Both the position numbers and the translations under genes were made by a program. The notes below the pieces were generated by a model. The model did no database searches, was not told where the DNA came from, and worked only from the letters and a program-made list of their open reading frames with translations. From positions 6,555 through 70,554 of the forward strand of contig JBBQEI010000013.1 in the NCBI GenBank assembly GCA_038320545.1: a DNA stretch of 64,000 nucleotides. Direction: 5' to 3'. This DNA is from Bacteroidales bacterium. GTDB lineage: Bacteria > Bacteroidota > Bacteroidia > Bacteroidales > JAAUTT01. Positions 29,141-38,296 of this stretch are shown in pieces. Within the stretch, counting starts at the first letter, position 1; each line of letters begins with the position of its first letter.

Positions 29141-29685
29141 CATAGCCGTCAGGCTAATGTATGTATCTACTTGATAAATACAATCATTTTTTACTTTTGT
29201 CTGCGACACAAAAGTAAACAAAAAGTCACCACAAAAACCGACCTGAAACTGTCATGTTAGCACTACGTTAACCGCAATCCGGGATCTGACAGTTTCGGAT
29301 CCGCACTTTTTGTGGACGTCAGCGCCCTGGCCAAGGAGCTCGATTTGATTTGCAAGATCAAATAGGCGAATCGGTTTGCAGAGTTTCTGGTACAATAGTA
29401 AACAAAAAGGCATCACAAAAACCGACCTAAAAGCTGTCATTGTCGAACATGCAAGCCCGAAAAAAGGCCTGTCAGCTTAAGATCCACACTTTTAGTGCGT
29501 CAGCGCGCAGGGCCAGGGAGTCCGATTTGTAGGGGCTGTGTCAAGACAAAAGTACGGATGAAAATTAGAATCAAACAGGTTATCAGCCATAAAAAAATTA
29601 TTTTTAGGTTCAACTGCTTCAAAATTGTATTACTATATTATCCATTAAACATCAGCTTCTTACAGCTATTAGCCTGACGGCTATG
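29141..29685. mobile_element. MITE-like non-coding element with perfect 18-bp terminal inverted repeats
   Basis: CATAGCCGTCAGGCTAAT (29141-29158) and its exact reverse complement (29668-29685). GGGG runs abut both ends. There is no credible ORF inside. It sits within a G-rich low-complexity tract. Confidence 0.45.
29211..29529. repeat. Two direct copies of a ~136-nt structured unit (29211-29347 and 29395-29529)
   Basis: The shared blocks are GTAAACAAAAAG, CACAAAAACCGACCT, CTGTCAT, GATCC, CACTTTT, GCGTCAGCGC and CGATTTG. Nested helices are perfect in copy 1, and an indel in one strand of copy 2 is matched by an indel in the other strand. Confidence 0.7.
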
Positions 29686-29707
29686 GGGGGCGGGGTGCAG
29701 GTTAGGG

Positions 29708-30451
29708 TTATTGACCGATAAAAATATAGGTTAGCTTACCACTTTGGGTCGGAGGACCATTGTTAATACTGTTAAATCTGGTGGCCCGCGCTGCTTTTTC
29801 TGCTGCTTCAAGAAAGCATTCATCAGTGATATTCGACTGGGATTTATCGATTTCAATTTTTTCAATATAACCTTCGTGGTTAACTTCTATTTTCATAGCC
29901 ACTTTGCCGTTACCCTGACATTTGTATACCGGAATTTTTAAGTTAACATCATATCTGCCTTCCAGGTAGTAAGATACTGTTGTTGGTCCTTTATAAAAAG
30001 TTCTGATCCCTGTGGTGCTTCTCACATTTACTTTTTCTTCCCTAGCAGCTTTATCCGGCAATGCATTTTCGGAAGGTGTTTGTTGCGGTGGAGTCCTCAT
30101 TTCAGTGGGAGCAGGATCTTTTATATTTAATTCGCCTTTTATCTGGTTCACCATCTGATCGATATTCTGGGAAGCTTTTTGTTCTGCTTCGTTAGTGCCA
30201 ATATTACGTACGCCGAGAAATTCTTTTTCAGCTGGGGTGAATATTTCCTTGTTTTTTACAGTTTGTTGTTTATTTTCCTCAGGATCCAAAAACTCCTTTA
30301 CTTCCTGTTCGTTCAGAAGATTCAAGGTTACAGCAGATTCACGATCCTTTATGGTATTAATTTTCATTATCAGTATTACAGTTACCAATACCAAATGAAT
30401 AATGATCGTTCCCAGTATTCCTTCCTTATGTCGCTCTATAAAATCAAGCAC
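29708..30451 (-). CDS. Membrane-anchored protein with a TonB/TolA-like C-terminal domain
   Basis: N-terminal TM helix (GILGTIIIHLVLVTVILIMKI), a charged and proline-containing linker, and a C-terminal ~80 aa resembling TonB_C (GKVAMKIEVNHEGYIEKIEI...AAEKAARATRFN). Confidence 0.45.
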   Translation of the reverse strand: MLDFIERHKEGILGTIIIHLVLVTVILIMKINTIKDRESAVTLNLLNEQEVKEFLDPEENKQQTVKNKEIFTPAEKEFLGVRNIGTNEAEQKASQNIDQMVNQIKGELNIKDPAPTEMRTPPQQTPSENALPDKAAREEKVNVRSTTGIRTFYKGPTTVSYYLEGRYDVNLKIPVYKCQGNGKVAMKIEVNHEGYIEKIEIDKSQSNITDECFLEAAEKAARATRFNSINNGPPTQSGKLTYIFIGQ

Positions 30452-30475
30452 TTTATATTCAAAAATTAAATTATA

Positions 30476-33301
30476 TCAATATACGAGATTAACCGAAAAA
30501 ATGGCTTGAGTTATTAGCTTTTTTTCATCGGGCAAATAACTGAATTTTGCACCAAGCTGAAAAGGAAACATTATTCTCAAAATATGAACGTCGGCAATCA
30601 GATCCGTACCAAGTGAACGAAGATTTTCAGCAGTTATTATACCATTTTTGCGATAGTTATGATTAGCCATATCATAAAAGAAATTTGCTCTTATCCTTTT
30701 CAGGTAAAATATTGGACCTGCATGGATATCAGGATAAAAAAGCGGAAGAGCATAATTGAAATTCAGTACTTGCAAAGTTCCTTTTCCACTGGATAAATAT
30801 CCCGAAGGAAAAGCCAAAATGCTTGAAAAACTATAAACAAGTGATGACTGGTACTGATATCCATAACGGATTTGAAAACTGTGAGGCCTGACTATTCCGG
30901 GTAAATATAATCTCAAACTTAAGGCATAAATATCACTGATAAGTTTGTTTTCGAATGGTGAAGTCTGCAATTTAAAAAACGAGCTGAAACCTGCTCTGGG
31001 ATAGAGATCACGAATAGCCATTCTTGTATATCTGTAATAATTTAGTCCCCAGTTTATCTGACTCAGTTCCTGGTAATATTTTTTTTCCGATTGAAGGTAA
31101 TAAGCATTACGGTTATACTTCCATTCTGCATATGGAATTAATGCTGAAGATATATTCGTGTGCGAAAAGTTTAATGGTAAACTTATATTTACTGTTGATT
31201 GAATATTCCTTGAAAAATTAACTGGCACAGAAGTGTTTCCCCCAATTCGGTTAACAGGCCCTCCGGCATCGATATTCCAGGATATTACAGGAAATAGTGC
31301 TTTAAAGCTTAGGTTGGCATGCAAATGGGAATCTCCATGTTCAAAAGAATATCCAAAAGTAGATATCATGTTGCCTAGTAAATTCTGAGAAAGTAACATG
31401 AACCCCGGATAAATATTAGGGTTCGAAATATCCGATACTGAATAATTATAATAAGCCGGAAGCCAGCTATGGATATTAAAAAGATGGGATAGTTTCGAAT
31501 AGTTGGTAACAGGATAGTTTTTATTATCATTCGTTCCCGCTTGCAAGTTAAAGCCCTTAAACAGGGTCGAATCGGAATTTATATTTTCATAGGAATAGTT
31601 GTTAATTTCACGATATGTTTTTGAAGGCCAGCTTTCCGAAGCAATTTTATATCCATCCGAAGTATAGTCGGAGAAGTATAACTGTTGGGTGTTCGTATCG
31701 AAAAATGGTTCGAAAGCTCCAAACTTTGAATTGGTAATTTGTGAAAATTGCCTGTTTTTCGTGTTGAAGCTAAAAAGATTGTTTATATCGTTATGTTCAC
31801 CTGCTACGATTAATAATGTATCGGCAAAACAAAAGCTGCTGATATTTTTAAACGAAGGAGGAATAACGACTTCCCACAAATCGACGTTCGTTAATTTTAT
31901 AATCGATTTTCCATTTTCGGAAACTGACAAACAGTAAATTTCATTCTCTTTTGTCCAAAGTGGTTGCTGTAAATGATTTTTATGCGGAGCTTCCATCTTT
32001 TTTACAATTTCTCCTGAATTCGAATCAAGGATAATGAGAGAGCTCTTGTAATCCGGAGTTTCTTCAATTACTGCAATAAATTTTGCATCGGGAGAAAATG
32101 CGGGCGAGAAAAAGAATGTCTTTCTGCTTAGGCGTTTTAATTTTTTTGTTTCAATGTCGAAAACCATTACTTCCGAATAAAGACGGTTGCTCCATCGTAA
32201 ATCGTTCCGGTTTTCCGACCAGGTAATTTTTGTTCCTGCCACTGAGAGCCTTTCTCCGCTGTTGGTGCCAGTTGAAACTATTTTCTTTTCTTTCCCATTT
32301 TTATCGATGGTTACAATTCGCCTGGTTTGAGTGTAACTCCATTTTTGGGAAAGAACTTTTGAGTTTTCTAATAAATAAGGAAAGTTATAATTCGCAAGAA
32401 CATTTTTGTTATTAGTTGGCCAATATTGGTATTCTTTAGCTTGATCTTGTTTTGTCCATTTTTCCTTTAAATTATTGAAAGTAAATTCATAAACAAAGCG
32501 ATTGTTTAAACCCGAATTTTTTTTCAGGGAATGTCCGAAAGGAAATAATAAATATGGGTTGCGTGCAGTAAAATTTAAACTTTTTCCAAAAATATCAGGA
32601 GCGAAAGAATCTCGCATCATTTTCACCATTGGATATCCCATTCTGTAAATATCGGGAACAAAATTCCTATAGGAACCCAACATTGCTTTCTCATAAGAAT
32701 AAAGCTTTTTCTTACTTAGAACCAAAGCCCTGTATGGCATTTTAAAAGCAGCGCTTCTTCCGCGGCCGGAATTTGAAAACATGGTTTCGGAATATACAGC
32801 ATCGCCTTCCAGAAACCAGCGTGGTACCATACCCGAAATTGCACCAACGGCCTGTTCTCCGATTAAAAAAGATCCTAACCTCGTTATTCCTTTATTCAGG
32901 GCGTCGAGCTGGGCAACATGCCTGGTTTCGTGCAGTGCAAGCTGATCCAGCCAATCCTGAGGATAGTTGTCCTGCGGCGGAATGGTGTAAAGCTCCATCC
33001 GTTTGGGAGCGTAAACCACCATGCCATTCGATAAGGACGATTGGGTATGAAATACAACAGAAACTGGTTTTGGTTTATTAATAAGAAATTTTCCTATCAC
33101 AGGGTAAATGGTATCGAGCGTTGATGCATATTTTTGTGCATACTCTTCAAATCCCTCCGGGAAAATTAACTGGTAGTTTTTGGTTTTAATCTGTTTCCAC
33201 GAGATGGAAAAAGGATCCTGCCCGCTCTCATAAAATTGAGATTGTCCAATATTGCTTATTAAAATAAGAATCAAAGACAATAAATGTAATTTCTTCATCA
33301 A
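30476..33301 (-). CDS. Large exported protein: zincin-like HExxH region, PD40-type beta-propeller repeats and a barrel-like C-terminus
   Basis: Signal peptide, LALHETRHVAQ, FSPAFSPDAKFIAVIEE (PD40-like), and a C-terminal aromatic residue (NLVY) as in outer-membrane barrels. Confidence 0.5.
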   Translation of the reverse strand: MMKKLHLLSLILILISNIGQSQFYESGQDPFSISWKQIKTKNYQLIFPEGFEEYAQKYASTLDTIYPVIGKFLINKPKPVSVVFHTQSSLSNGMVVYAPKRMELYTIPPQDNYPQDWLDQLALHETRHVAQLDALNKGITRLGSFLIGEQAVGAISGMVPRWFLEGDAVYSETMFSNSGRGRSAAFKMPYRALVLSKKKLYSYEKAMLGSYRNFVPDIYRMGYPMVKMMRDSFAPDIFGKSLNFTARNPYLLFPFGHSLKKNSGLNNRFVYEFTFNNLKEKWTKQDQAKEYQYWPTNNKNVLANYNFPYLLENSKVLSQKWSYTQTRRIVTIDKNGKEKKIVSTGTNSGERLSVAGTKITWSENRNDLRWSNRLYSEVMVFDIETKKLKRLSRKTFFFSPAFSPDAKFIAVIEETPDYKSSLIILDSNSGEIVKKMEAPHKNHLQQPLWTKENEIYCLSVSENGKSIIKLTNVDLWEVVIPPSFKNISSFCFADTLLIVAGEHNDINNLFSFNTKNRQFSQITNSKFGAFEPFFDTNTQQLYFSDYTSDGYKIASESWPSKTYREINNYSYENINSDSTLFKGFNLQAGTNDNKNYPVTNYSKLSHLFNIHSWLPAYYNYSVSDISNPNIYPGFMLLSQNLLGNMISTFGYSFEHGDSHLHANLSFKALFPVISWNIDAGGPVNRIGGNTSVPVNFSRNIQSTVNISLPLNFSHTNISSALIPYAEWKYNRNAYYLQSEKKYYQELSQINWGLNYYRYTRMAIRDLYPRAGFSSFFKLQTSPFENKLISDIYALSLRLYLPGIVRPHSFQIRYGYQYQSSLVYSFSSILAFPSGYLSSGKGTLQVLNFNYALPLFYPDIHAGPIFYLKRIRANFFYDMANHNYRKNGIITAENLRSLGTDLIADVHILRIMFPFQLGAKFSYLPDEKKLITQAIFSVNLVY

Positions 33302-33347
33302 ACTTCCGCCTTTTTAAACAGCCAAATAGGATATGACAGTTTTACAA

Positions 33348-33695
33348 TCATCCACCAGCTTTTTTTGCTTTATAACCCTTTTGTATCAGCATTTGTAATA
33401 TTTTATCACGAAAATCACCCTGAATCAGGATTTCTCCTTCTTTTGCCGAACCACCTACTCCGCATTTCGATTTGAGTTCTTTTGCCAGTGCTTCCAAGTC
33501 ATCTTCTTTTCCAATAAAACCAGTAATAAGAGTAACAATTTTGCCACCCCGGTTTTTTTTATCGAGCATCACCCGGACGTTTTGTTGTTGGGGAGGAAGT
33601 GTATCAGCATCTTCGTTTCCCGAAAGTTGATATTTAAAATCGGGATTAGTTGAGTATACAATATCCAGCCTGTCCTTATGATTTTTTTTGCTCAT
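33348..33695 (-). CDS. yciH: SUI1/YciH-family translation initiation factor
   Basis: 115 aa with [12 protein letters not shown]...[16 protein letters not shown]...[11 protein letters not shown]. Confidence 0.85.
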   Translation of the reverse strand: MSKKNHKDRLDIVYSTNPDFKYQLSGNEDADTLPPQQQNVRVMLDKKNRGGKIVTLITGFIGKEDDLEALAKELKSKCGVGGSAKEGEILIQGDFRDKILQMLIQKGYKAKKAGG

Positions 33696-33711
33696 GATGG
33701 AATAATTTATT

Positions 33712-33719
33712 CAAAAGTA
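33712..33719 (-). promoter_or_regulatory. Candidate -7 promoter box for yciH (TACTTTTG on the minus strand)
   Basis: The plus strand reads CAAAAGTA, 17 nt upstream of the start codon. Confidence 0.45.
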
Positions 33720-33795
33720 ACAAACAAATGAAAAGATATGATGACTTGAGGAAATATCTTGTTTAAATTAGCTGACTTTAGAATATATTTCTTGT

Positions 33796-36666
33796 ATGAT
33801 CAAATATTATCGGATAAATAATATCGCAGGATGGTTTGTTTTTGCAATTGCAGCTCTGGTTTATCTTTATACCATGGAGCCAACGGTAAGTTTATGGGAT
33901 TCCGGGGAATTTACTGCTGCTGCTTTCAAACTCGAAGTTGGTCACCCTCCCGGTGCCCCTTTTTATTTGATGCTTGCAAGGATTTTTTCTTTATTTGCCG
34001 TTGATAATGCACATGTTGCTATCTGTATAAATTCCCTTTCAGCTATAGCAAGCGCCTTTACAGTTCTTTTCCTGTTTTGGATTATTACGCATCTTGCCCG
34101 TAAAACTGTTGCGAAATTGGTTTCTACCTATGAAAAAACTGATAATATTAAAGTTATAGGAAGCGGTATTATCGGGTCACTTGTATTTTGTTTTTCCGAT
34201 TCATTTTGGTTTTCTGCCGTAGAAGCGGAAGTTTATGCATTATCATCGTTATTTACTGCGCTGGTTTTTTGGAGTATATTAAAATGGGAAGATGATAAAA
34301 GTATTTACAAAAACCGCTGGCTGGTATTGATTTCTTACCTGATGGGTTTGTCTATAGGCGTACATCTTTTAAACCTTTTGGCTTTGCCTGCAATTGTATT
34401 GGTTTATTTCTTCAAAAAGGAAAAGATTAGCTGGAAACGAATGTTGTTAGCTTTATTGGTTTCATTTTTTATGCTATTTACCATTTTATATATCTTCATT
34501 CCTGGAACTGTAAAGCTTGCTGCCTTCATAGAAATATTTTCAGTTAACAGGTTTCATTTGCCTGTAAATTCCGGTTTTTTAATTTTTGTTTTAGTACTGT
34601 CAACTCTGTTAATATATGGTTTAATAATTAGTTATAGAAAAGGAAATGTTATCTTGAATACTATATTCCTTTGCATAACGGTAATGTTGATTGGGTATTC
34701 ATCGTATGCCATGATCCTCATCCGGGCTCAGGCTAATACACCCATTAACACCGGAAATCCTTCCAACGCCATTTCTTTGCTTTCCTATTTAAACCGCGAC
34801 CAATACGGAAACAGGCCCTTGTTTTACGGACCATATTATAATGCACCTGGTAAACCGGTTTCAAGTGAAAGATCAAATTATATTTATTCTGACGGAAAAT
34901 ATGCAGAAATACAGTCTGTTAGTTCTATTCAATATGATGAAAGGTTTATGACCATTTTCCCCAGAATGTATAGTTCTAATTCCAATCATATTGAAGTATA
35001 TAAGAATTGGGGAACAATTAGGGGAGTTCCTGAAAAAATAGATTCCCGGGTTTTGATTAAACCCACATTTGCCGATAATCTGGAGTTTTTCTTTAAGTAT
35101 CAGTTGGGTTATATGTATTTCCGTTATTTTTTATGGAATTTTGCCGGGAAACAAAATGATTTGCAGGGCAATGGAGGTATTTTGCGTGGAAACTGGATTT
35201 CAGGGTTCGATTATTTAGACAAGTTATTAATTGGTTCACAACGTTTTCTGCCCGATTACTTAAAGGACAATAAGGGAAGAAACCGTTATTTTCTTGTGCC
35301 TTTAATTTTTGGTTTTCTGGGAATGGTTTACCATTATTCAAAGAGCAGAAGATATTTTGGAGTAATACTTCTGTTATTTCTTCTAACAGGTATAGGAATA
35401 GCTATTTATACGAATCAAACACCGTTGCAGCCTCGTGAACGGGATTATGCCTATGTTGGATCCTTTTTTGCTTTTTCAATTTGGATTGGATTTGGAGTAT
35501 TATGGTTAACTGAACTTATCCAAAAAACGCTAAAGTCAGTAAATGCTGCCAATATTGCTATAATTGGAGGAATGAGTATACCGGTATGGATGTTTGTTCA
35601 AAATTTCGACGATCATAACCGGCATGGTAGGTATGTTGTGAAAGAAATAGCTTCCAATTATCTAAATAGTTGCGATGAAAATTCCATTCTATTTACCTTA
35701 GGCGATAACGACACTTATCCATTGTGGTATTTGCAGGAAGTTGAAGGAATTCGGACAGATGTGCGTGTGGCGAACCTGATGTTGTTGAATGCAAATTGGT
35801 ACATTGATCAGATGAAACAAAAGAAATATTTATCTGATCCTTTGCCTATGAGTAAAGGAATCAAAAATTCGGCGTATTTATCTGAAAGTTTACCTTCTCT
35901 GATTTTAAAAGAAGCTATTCAAAGGATTTCCATGGATATAAACTATTTACCTAAAAAAATGGCATTGCCTGTATCTCCGGAATTTATTTCAAAAGGTATT
36001 GATCCTTTGGCGGATACAGTTTACTTTGAAATTCCTGGTTCATACTTAGGTAAAAGTGAAATTGCAGTATTGGACATTTTAGCAAATTTTAACTGGAACA
36101 GACCTATATATTTTGATACTCCGGGATATAAAGGCACATTGGGAATTGATAATTATCTGCAACTGGATGGATTTGCCTATAAACTTGTTCCATTTTATTA
36201 CCCTAAAGATAATTTTGGTTATGGGAAAATCAATTCTGATGAGTTGTACCAGAAATTGATGGTTGACCTCGATTGGGAAAACATGGAGAAAGGAAAAGGT
36301 ATACTTGACGATCATATTATTAAGATGTTGTCAATAATGAAAGTAAGACAAAATTATTGCCGGTTGGCTGACATCCTTGTTAAAGAAGGAAAGCCGGGAA
36401 AAGCAGAGATGGTTTTGGATAAACTCATGAAAATTATGCCACCCGAACGTATTCCTTATGATCATTATTGCATTCCAATAGCTGAAATCTATTATTTATG
36501 TGGTGCTTCACACAAGGCTGAAAATATTGTATATGGCTATAAAAAACAATTAGATCAGGAATTGAACTTTTATGAAAAGCTTTCTCCCTGGATGAAAAGT
36601 TGGGTTAAACAGGAAAAATCTAATACTTTATTTTATCTTGATAAATTAGAACTCGTGGAAGAATAA
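33796..36666 (+). CDS. DUF2723 family polytopic membrane protein (glycosyltransferase-like)
   Basis: 956 aa. The N-terminal TMEPTVSLWDSGEFTAAAFKLEVGHPPGAPFY motif is the DUF2723 hallmark. Many TM helices are followed by a soluble C-terminal half. Confidence 0.8.
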   Translation: MIKYYRINNIAGWFVFAIAALVYLYTMEPTVSLWDSGEFTAAAFKLEVGHPPGAPFYLMLARIFSLFAVDNAHVAICINSLSAIASAFTVLFLFWIITHLARKTVAKLVSTYEKTDNIKVIGSGIIGSLVFCFSDSFWFSAVEAEVYALSSLFTALVFWSILKWEDDKSIYKNRWLVLISYLMGLSIGVHLLNLLALPAIVLVYFFKKEKISWKRMLLALLVSFFMLFTILYIFIPGTVKLAAFIEIFSVNRFHLPVNSGFLIFVLVLSTLLIYGLIISYRKGNVILNTIFLCITVMLIGYSSYAMILIRAQANTPINTGNPSNAISLLSYLNRDQYGNRPLFYGPYYNAPGKPVSSERSNYIYSDGKYAEIQSVSSIQYDERFMTIFPRMYSSNSNHIEVYKNWGTIRGVPEKIDSRVLIKPTFADNLEFFFKYQLGYMYFRYFLWNFAGKQNDLQGNGGILRGNWISGFDYLDKLLIGSQRFLPDYLKDNKGRNRYFLVPLIFGFLGMVYHYSKSRRYFGVILLLFLLTGIGIAIYTNQTPLQPRERDYAYVGSFFAFSIWIGFGVLWLTELIQKTLKSVNAANIAIIGGMSIPVWMFVQNFDDHNRHGRYVVKEIASNYLNSCDENSILFTLGDNDTYPLWYLQEVEGIRTDVRVANLMLLNANWYIDQMKQKKYLSDPLPMSKGIKNSAYLSESLPSLILKEAIQRISMDINYLPKKMALPVSPEFISKGIDPLADTVYFEIPGSYLGKSEIAVLDILANFNWNRPIYFDTPGYKGTLGIDNYLQLDGFAYKLVPFYYPKDNFGYGKINSDELYQKLMVDLDWENMEKGKGILDDHIIKMLSIMKVRQNYCRLADILVKEGKPGKAEMVLDKLMKIMPPERIPYDHYCIPIAEIYYLCGASHKAENIVYGYKKQLDQELNFYEKLSPWMKSWVKQEKSNTLFYLDKLELVEE

Positions 36667-36741
36667 ATCTCTGATATTAACGTATATGATAAAAAAAGAG
36701 CTTTAAAACATATTTTTCAGCAGTTTTTATTACAAATTATC

Positions 36742-36749
36742 TATTTTTG
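36742..36749 (+). promoter_or_regulatory. Candidate -7 promoter box (TATTTTTG)
   Basis: TAnnTTTG match 26 nt upstream of the ATG at 36775. Confidence 0.45.
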
Positions 36750-36774
36750 CGCCAATGCACTTTTTTATAAAATT

Positions 36775-38286
36775 ATGGAAAAGAACAGTATGAATCACAA
36801 TTTTAAAAATGTCAACGTTTCAGGAAAGTTCCTGATAGTCTTTATTTTTTTATTCCTTCCGGTTTCATTAATATTTTCGCAGGGATATGAAATCAAATTA
36901 AAAATGACAGAACTTAAGGGTTCGAAGGTAATCCTTGGTCACCATTTTGGTAGTTTATTTTATCCTGATGATACAACTTTGCTGGATTCGAAAGGTGTAG
37001 GTGTTTTTAAAAAACCAAAGTTACTGCCTCAGGGAATGTATTTTATTTACCCACCAAATAAAAAATATTTTGACATATTATTGGGTGCTGATCAGGTTTT
37101 TTCAATAGAAGTAGATACCAGCGACTATTATAAAGCTGGTAAAATTACAGGCTCTGTTGAAAATGAACTTTATTTTAATCATATGCGTACTATGGCTGTA
37201 AACCAGGAAAAAGCCAATGCATTAATTGAAAAAAAGAAAATTTCAGAATCTGAAACACAAAAAGATTCCATTACTAAAGCTATAGATAAAATAACAAAAG
37301 AAGTTTTGGGGTATATGGAAAAGGTTGTGCAGGATAATAAGGGTTTATTTTTCACTAAATTTTTAACCGCTGTTAAAGATGTTGAAGTGCCAGAAGTACC
37401 TAAAGATGCTAATGGTAAAATAACGGATTCTACTTTTCAATACAGGTATTATAAAAACCATTATTTTGATAATTTCGATTATACTGATCCGAGCTTACTC
37501 CGTACGCCTGTATATGAAAGAAAAGTTAAGGACTATGTAGAAAAGGTTATACCGCAAATACCGGATAGCATCAATAAAGAACTCGACATTATTCTTACCA
37601 GGGCTAAACCCAACGAAGAAGTGTTCCGATATTTATTGGTAACATTTTTTAACATGTTTGCGCAGAGTCAGATAATGGGTTTTGATGCAGTATTTGTTCA
37701 TATTTCCGAAAAATATTATATCCCCTTTGCTACATGGAATGATAAGGAATATACCGAAAAATTGAAAAAGGAGATTGCTAAAAAGAAGCCAACCTTATTG
37801 GGTAATGTAGCTCCCAATTTTAAACTTGTTGAAGTTAGCAAAGATCATTTTATAGCAGCCAAAAGCGATACCGCTTTGAAAAATAATCCTTACGTGGGTA
37901 GTTATGTAAATATTCATGATGTAAAAGCTAAATTTATTGTTTTAGCATTTTGGGAATCGGAATGCGGACATTGTAAAAAAGCCATTCCGGAGCTGCACGA
38001 TATTTATGAAAGATTAAAGGAAAAAGGGGTTAAAGTTATTGCTATACACACTATTTCGACCGTTGAGGGAAAAAGAAAATGGATTGATTTTGTAAATGAA
38101 CATTCCCTCTACGATTGGGTTAATGCTTGGAGTCCTTACAGTTTAGAGTTTAAGGATATTTACGATGTATATACAACGCCAACTATTTTAATTTTGGATG
38201 CGAATAAAAAAATAATAGCAAAAAAGATTAATCCGGAACAAGTTGAGGAAGTTATTGATTTTGAGTTGAAGAAAGAAAAGAAATAA
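36775..38286 (+). CDS. Exported thioredoxin-fold thiol-disulfide oxidoreductase (TlpA/ResA-like) with a long N-terminal domain
   Basis: Signal/TM segment and a C-terminal thioredoxin domain with FWESECGHCKK (CxxC). Confidence 0.8.
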   Translation: MEKNSMNHNFKNVNVSGKFLIVFIFLFLPVSLIFSQGYEIKLKMTELKGSKVILGHHFGSLFYPDDTTLLDSKGVGVFKKPKLLPQGMYFIYPPNKKYFDILLGADQVFSIEVDTSDYYKAGKITGSVENELYFNHMRTMAVNQEKANALIEKKKISESETQKDSITKAIDKITKEVLGYMEKVVQDNKGLFFTKFLTAVKDVEVPEVPKDANGKITDSTFQYRYYKNHYFDNFDYTDPSLLRTPVYERKVKDYVEKVIPQIPDSINKELDIILTRAKPNEEVFRYLLVTFFNMFAQSQIMGFDAVFVHISEKYYIPFATWNDKEYTEKLKKEIAKKKPTLLGNVAPNFKLVEVSKDHFIAAKSDTALKNNPYVGSYVNIHDVKAKFIVLAFWESECGHCKKAIPELHDIYERLKEKGVKVIAIHTISTVEGKRKWIDFVNEHSLYDWVNAWSPYSLEFKDIYDVYTTPTILILDANKKIIAKKINPEQVEEVIDFELKKEKK

Positions 38287-38296
38287 AAATATATAG

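Noticed and set aside
29211-29529. Possible CRISPR array
   Set aside because: There are only two units of ~136 nt with a 184-nt period. The units differ from each other, and there are no short identical repeats with unique spacers or any cas genes.
29252-29677. ORFs 29252-29440 (-) and 29495-29677 (+) inside the inverted-repeat element
   Set aside because: They run through the tandem structured units. The products are Cys/Arg-rich low-complexity peptides without motifs, so the repeat structure explains the sequence better than coding does.
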